Source: Oopsacas minuta
Taxonomy: Eukaryota > Animalia > Porifera
Reading direction: 5' to 3'
NCBI GenBank assembly: GCA_024704765.1
Contig: JAKMXF010000221.1
Coordinates: forward strand, 1 to 64,000
DNA length: 64,000 nucleotides
The notes under the pieces: model-generated
The model's database searches: none
What the model saw: the letters and a program-made list of their open reading frames with translations, nothing else
Told to the model about the DNA's origin: nothing
Position numbers and translations under genes: made by a program
Shown: positions 59,981 through 64,000 of the stretch, piece by piece
Numbering within the stretch: the stretch's first letter is position 1
How the letters are laid out: each line of letters starts with the position of its first letter

Positions 59981-61540
59981 TGGGTATTTACATATGACGT
60001 ATCAAATTGAAATTTTGAATAAATTCATTGAGTAAAAACTAAATAGCTACTGGAGGGAAGTCTTAGTTTGTTTCTTATTATTCTACAGATACTTATAAAG
60101 GTAATACATTTGGGTAATTGTTTTTTACTTATTTAGTGAAAAAGAAGACAAAACAAGTCAATCCGTAGGGCCAGATGGTATCTGGAACCTGTATTCAACT
60201 GGAATCTCCAATTAACAAATCATCCAGTATAAAGTGTTATCGTAACGACTTATAACAAATAAAATGTAATTGCTTCATTTCTAGAATTCATTTATGTTTG
60301 CATGAATAAATAATAATTAACCTAGAAAATGGGCTAACACGTAGAAATGATTCGATTGTTCACAATGAGAAAGAGTTCAATAAAATTTACATAATGGAAG
60401 ATATTCCAACACTTAGTAAAATGGGAAATCGAAGCAGCGTTATCTTTCAGTCGAACTATTTCTGATTTTGTTTTGAGGTTTCCACATATCTATCCATTCT
60501 ACTTTACCAACTAAATTCTAGCAAACAAATAATTTGCAACAAATAAAAAGCAGATAAAATGTAAATTAATAAATTCTTTAATAAGTATTCGTTTGAAAGA
60601 ATAGTTGAATCGTTAATTTATTTGGAAAAATTATTAACACTCAGACCTCTGACTTGCGAATATATGTAATATTAAATAAATTCTGGATTAGGTAGCTAGA
60701 AAATAGTAAAGTCAAATTTGCAAATTGTTCATAAGTAAATATTCAAGTAGAGGACAAGTTGATATTTTAAACCTGTCCTACACTAATTATTATATATAAA
60801 ATTATAAGAAAACAGGGAAAATATCTAGAATGTGTCTAGAGAAATTACTGAAATATTTACATGCCTAGTTTACATGTTAAAATTATGCTCATCTAGATAA
60901 GTTGTACGCGTCTGGCTGAAACCATATGTATAACTGTCTAAGATCAGCTGATGAAATAATATGCTAGTAATTTTTCTCTACTATTTGGAAAATTTAGGTT
61001 AGAATTCTTAAAGCTTGTTAAAAACAACTGTAAAGTATCAAGTAAACATAGAATAAATTGACATATCAGAAATTTCGAAAATTTGACTCAATAATGAAAT
61101 TTTAAAGAAAGAGATCCTTTCCTGGCAATCTTACGAGTGAAACAAATGATAGTGGATTTTTGGTCCAGCTGTTACAACAACAGTAAAACATAGTAGTTTG
61201 TGTAAATACTGGCATAATCTAAACGTGTTTTAACCTGTTGCGTATTCTGTATTTATGTACAGTGAACATATATGATGAATTGCAAAACACATGGGCTATC
61301 ATGTTATAATTATTAATAATATTTAATGGAATTAGTAGCTGCACGTATGAAATTAACAAAGTAGGATTCAAACAATAGAGTATATTTAATATGCTAGGAT
61401 ATTGGAGGTAATATATTATGAAAGTTAAAGGGCATAAAAAGATTAGTTAATTCACATACATTACAGATTCTAAAATTGTAAGAGACAAGGATAATAGCAC
61501 ATAAATAAAGTTAGTGCTGTGAAGTGATAATAACAGGATT

Positions 61541-62975
61541 CTATAATCCCTTATTGAAGTACACATGTGTAATTGATGGGTTTATCCTCAAAATTTGTTC
61601 CCTTGCCTCAGGCTCCAACTTTGAAATAGCCATAGAGCTCTTCTGAGGGAACAGGGCACAACACATGGGTGTGGCAAGGGTTAGTATAATACCAGTGAAT
61701 ATTATTTGAATTGGAGCAGGTGCCCAAGGATAGCGCTTCCAGATACCATTCTGTTCAGCCCAGTTCATGAAAAGGGGAGGGATTATCATCCCTGGTGCAG
61801 CCATACCAATTCTAGATACAACAACTTGGAATATTGCTTTGACCGCGGCCTTTTTGGATTTACCAATGGGTACGTCGTTTTCATCAGTGACCTATAAGTA
61901 GTGCTGAATTAACAGATATTGGCATTTACAAGTTCAGAAGTTCAGTACTATACCTGGATGCCATTAATTAGTTCATCTTGTCGCATAAGAGGAACATTTA
62001 TACAATTAGCTGCAGCAACAGCTGAGAATGGTACAAATCTACCGATGAGAGGTGGAGCGTATTTAGCTACATGATTCAAAGTCAGAGCTGTGAATAACGC
62101 GCCAAACGTAGCAGATACATAAGGTACCATCATCTGTTTAACAGTAGGAACTACAAATAATACAATAATAAGATTCAGTTGTTGTAATCGTGCATTGTAA
62201 ATCTGGTCAATGGAATTTAGTTCAGTCTGCAATAGAATCCAATAAATTACCAATTTACAAATTAACATATTAGAATCTCGATTAAGTGATAGCCAAGGAA
62301 GTGAGGGAAACTGTAGGAAAGAATTTAAAAGTTCACATTAAATATCTATTATTGTTTATTGTCCCAGATAAGGTAATTTGGTTGTAAGGCTGCAGGGATT
62401 AACTGCATAAGGTAATCATCCAATTCACCTGCTGGACTTTTCTTAGTATAGTTTAATATGTAAAATTAGAATTCACTGACCTGTAGTAGCGCTTCTGTTT
62501 GTATAATTGACAATTGCGTTGAACGTCTGATTTACCCATTGCCAGAGAATTACAGCAGCAGGTGATTTATAGAAGGTTAACATAAAGCCTGTTATAAACA
62601 TGTTACAAGGAACCTGTGCTGACATTCTCCCTATAGAAACAGGTCAGTTCAAATACTAGAGGAATTGAAAATAGTTCGAATATAATATATTGTACTACCC
62701 AAGATGAACATCTTCTCCCCTGTTCCTGGATGGAAAGCTGATTCGTATAAAGCCTTGGCAGCATAGACCTGGTCTTTGCTGGTATATGTAGGTTCCCTAC
62801 CCTCTCTGTACTGCTTTACAAGGGTGGCAGCTGCTTCAAGCCTGGAATTGCTTGCAAAAATATTCAATGGGTTTGTGGTTAGAAAGAAATGTTTCGCTCT
62901 CCCCATGTAAGTATCTTGGATATACCTTGGCTTGTCAAGATCAATTCTTCTATTGATCAGTTTTGTCTCAGTCAT
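61541..62975 (-). CDS. SFXN1: Sideroflexin (SFXN1/2/3-like), multi-exon
   Basis: [103 protein letters not shown]. Confidence 0.93.
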
Positions 62976-63442
62976 TATTGCAGCTGCCCCTGACTAATGT
63001 AAATACATACAATTTTAAGGAATATAATGGAATTAAGAAAAGGATTGATGGTAAACTGGTTTATAAGATTAATGGTTGATGACGTATTTACGAAATTGTT
63101 TTGGCCCATTGTCTACAAATCTATCGATGCTAGAGCCTTTATAGGTTTCTCACCATAAGTAATTACAGCTAATTTGTAAGTAACGTTGATGACACAAATA
63201 TTTTATGACAAGTGTTCCCATAATATTTAAATAAATTATAAAAATGAAAATAAAGTATCTGCGGACTTATGTAGCTCCCCCAAGGACAAAACTCAATTCC
63301 CCCAAAAGCAATTAATCGTTGGGAGTACCATGGAACGACAGATATGAGAAAAATCGCGAGTTTTTGTATCAACATTTATATTTAACATACTATAATAGTA
63401 TTCTATGTATTTCCTAATTGTAGACAAATTCACTCTAAAAGA

Positions 63443-63847
63443 TTACTCGTTCTCTTCGCTCCTGACCCTAGCACTAGCATTAGTCACACGAATAGCTAAT
63501 TGTTTGCCTCTCTCTACAATAGCCTTTCTCTTCCTTGAGGATACTCCGTGAGCTATAGTAGCAGCAAATCTGCGATTCTGCATCAACAGGACCTCTAATT
63601 CTCTCACATTGTGAACCAAGAAGTGATACATATGATCTGGATGCAGATGTCTAGTTTTCCTGTTTGAACCGTAACCGATCTTTGGCATCTTAAACTGACC
63701 CTTGAAGCGACGTCTTACGCGATTATCAATACCCTTTGGTTTACGCCATACCTCAGTGATCTTCTTGTAGCGATCTGATTGATGACGAATAAACTTCTTT
63801 GTTCGTTTCTTGACAATTTTTCTTCTGTTGAGCGGAGTCAGCACCAT
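63443..63847 (-). CDS. RPL32: 60S ribosomal protein L32 (eL32), intronless
   Basis: [60 protein letters not shown]. Confidence 0.98.
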   Translation of the reverse strand: MVLTPLNRRKIVKKRTKKFIRHQSDRYKKITEVWRKPKGIDNRVRRRFKGQFKMPKIGYGSNRKTRHLHPDHMYHFLVHNVRELEVLLMQNRRFAATIAHGVSSRKRKAIVERGKQLAIRVTNASARVRSEENE

Positions 63848-64000
63848 ACTTGACAGAAGCTATAAACTAATGAACTAAATAAACAATATTATTAAAGTAT
63901 ATGCCTAACATAATGCAATATGTATTTATGATAATAGAGACTGGAGAGTTTATCAGCTCAGGAATCCCACATAAACGCTTACTGTATATACGCAAAGCAC

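Noticed and set aside
59329-60470. Possible plus-strand gene (MGLLSSS.. ORF and splice-like sites near 60090, 60136, 60344)
   Set aside because: The fragments could not be joined into a continuous reading frame; stops occur in all tested phases.

Overview
AT-rich, very compact animal (metazoan) genomic DNA. Sox, cadherin, protrudin and tropomodulin genes are present, introns are mostly 40-250 nt, and many genes that are normally intron-rich are single-exon here. This fits a compact sponge genome, possibly a glass sponge such as Oopsacas; that assignment is inference only. I find about 27 protein-coding genes, all on the minus strand except four tandem BPI/LBP-family genes and a bulb-type lectin. 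Housekeeping genes include BCAS2, TMOD, PIGN, RUVBL1, calnexin, ALG5, AlaRS, GSK3, CARM1, ECI1-like, sideroflexin and RPL32. There are also several short non-autonomous DNA transposons (two Tc1/pogo-type with TA duplications, one hAT-type with a perfect 15-bp TIR and 8-bp TSD). Main observations: (1) most start codons are preceded by a splice-acceptor-like sequence with no obvious partner donor, and genes form long co-directional runs, suggesting spliced-leader trans-splicing and operon-like units; (2) a hand-reconstructed multi-exon LRRC63-like gene carries a whole protrudin gene in an intron on the same strand, and may carry two more genes in a ~9.7 kb first intron; (3) AlaRS has an optional mitochondrial-type presequence with a separate acceptor for each start; (4) the BPI/LBP cluster has a 318-bp identical gene-conversion tract; (5) the ECI1 homolog lacks its catalytic Glu and the MAP2K is atypical. 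Family assignments rest on motif recognition from memory, not database searches.
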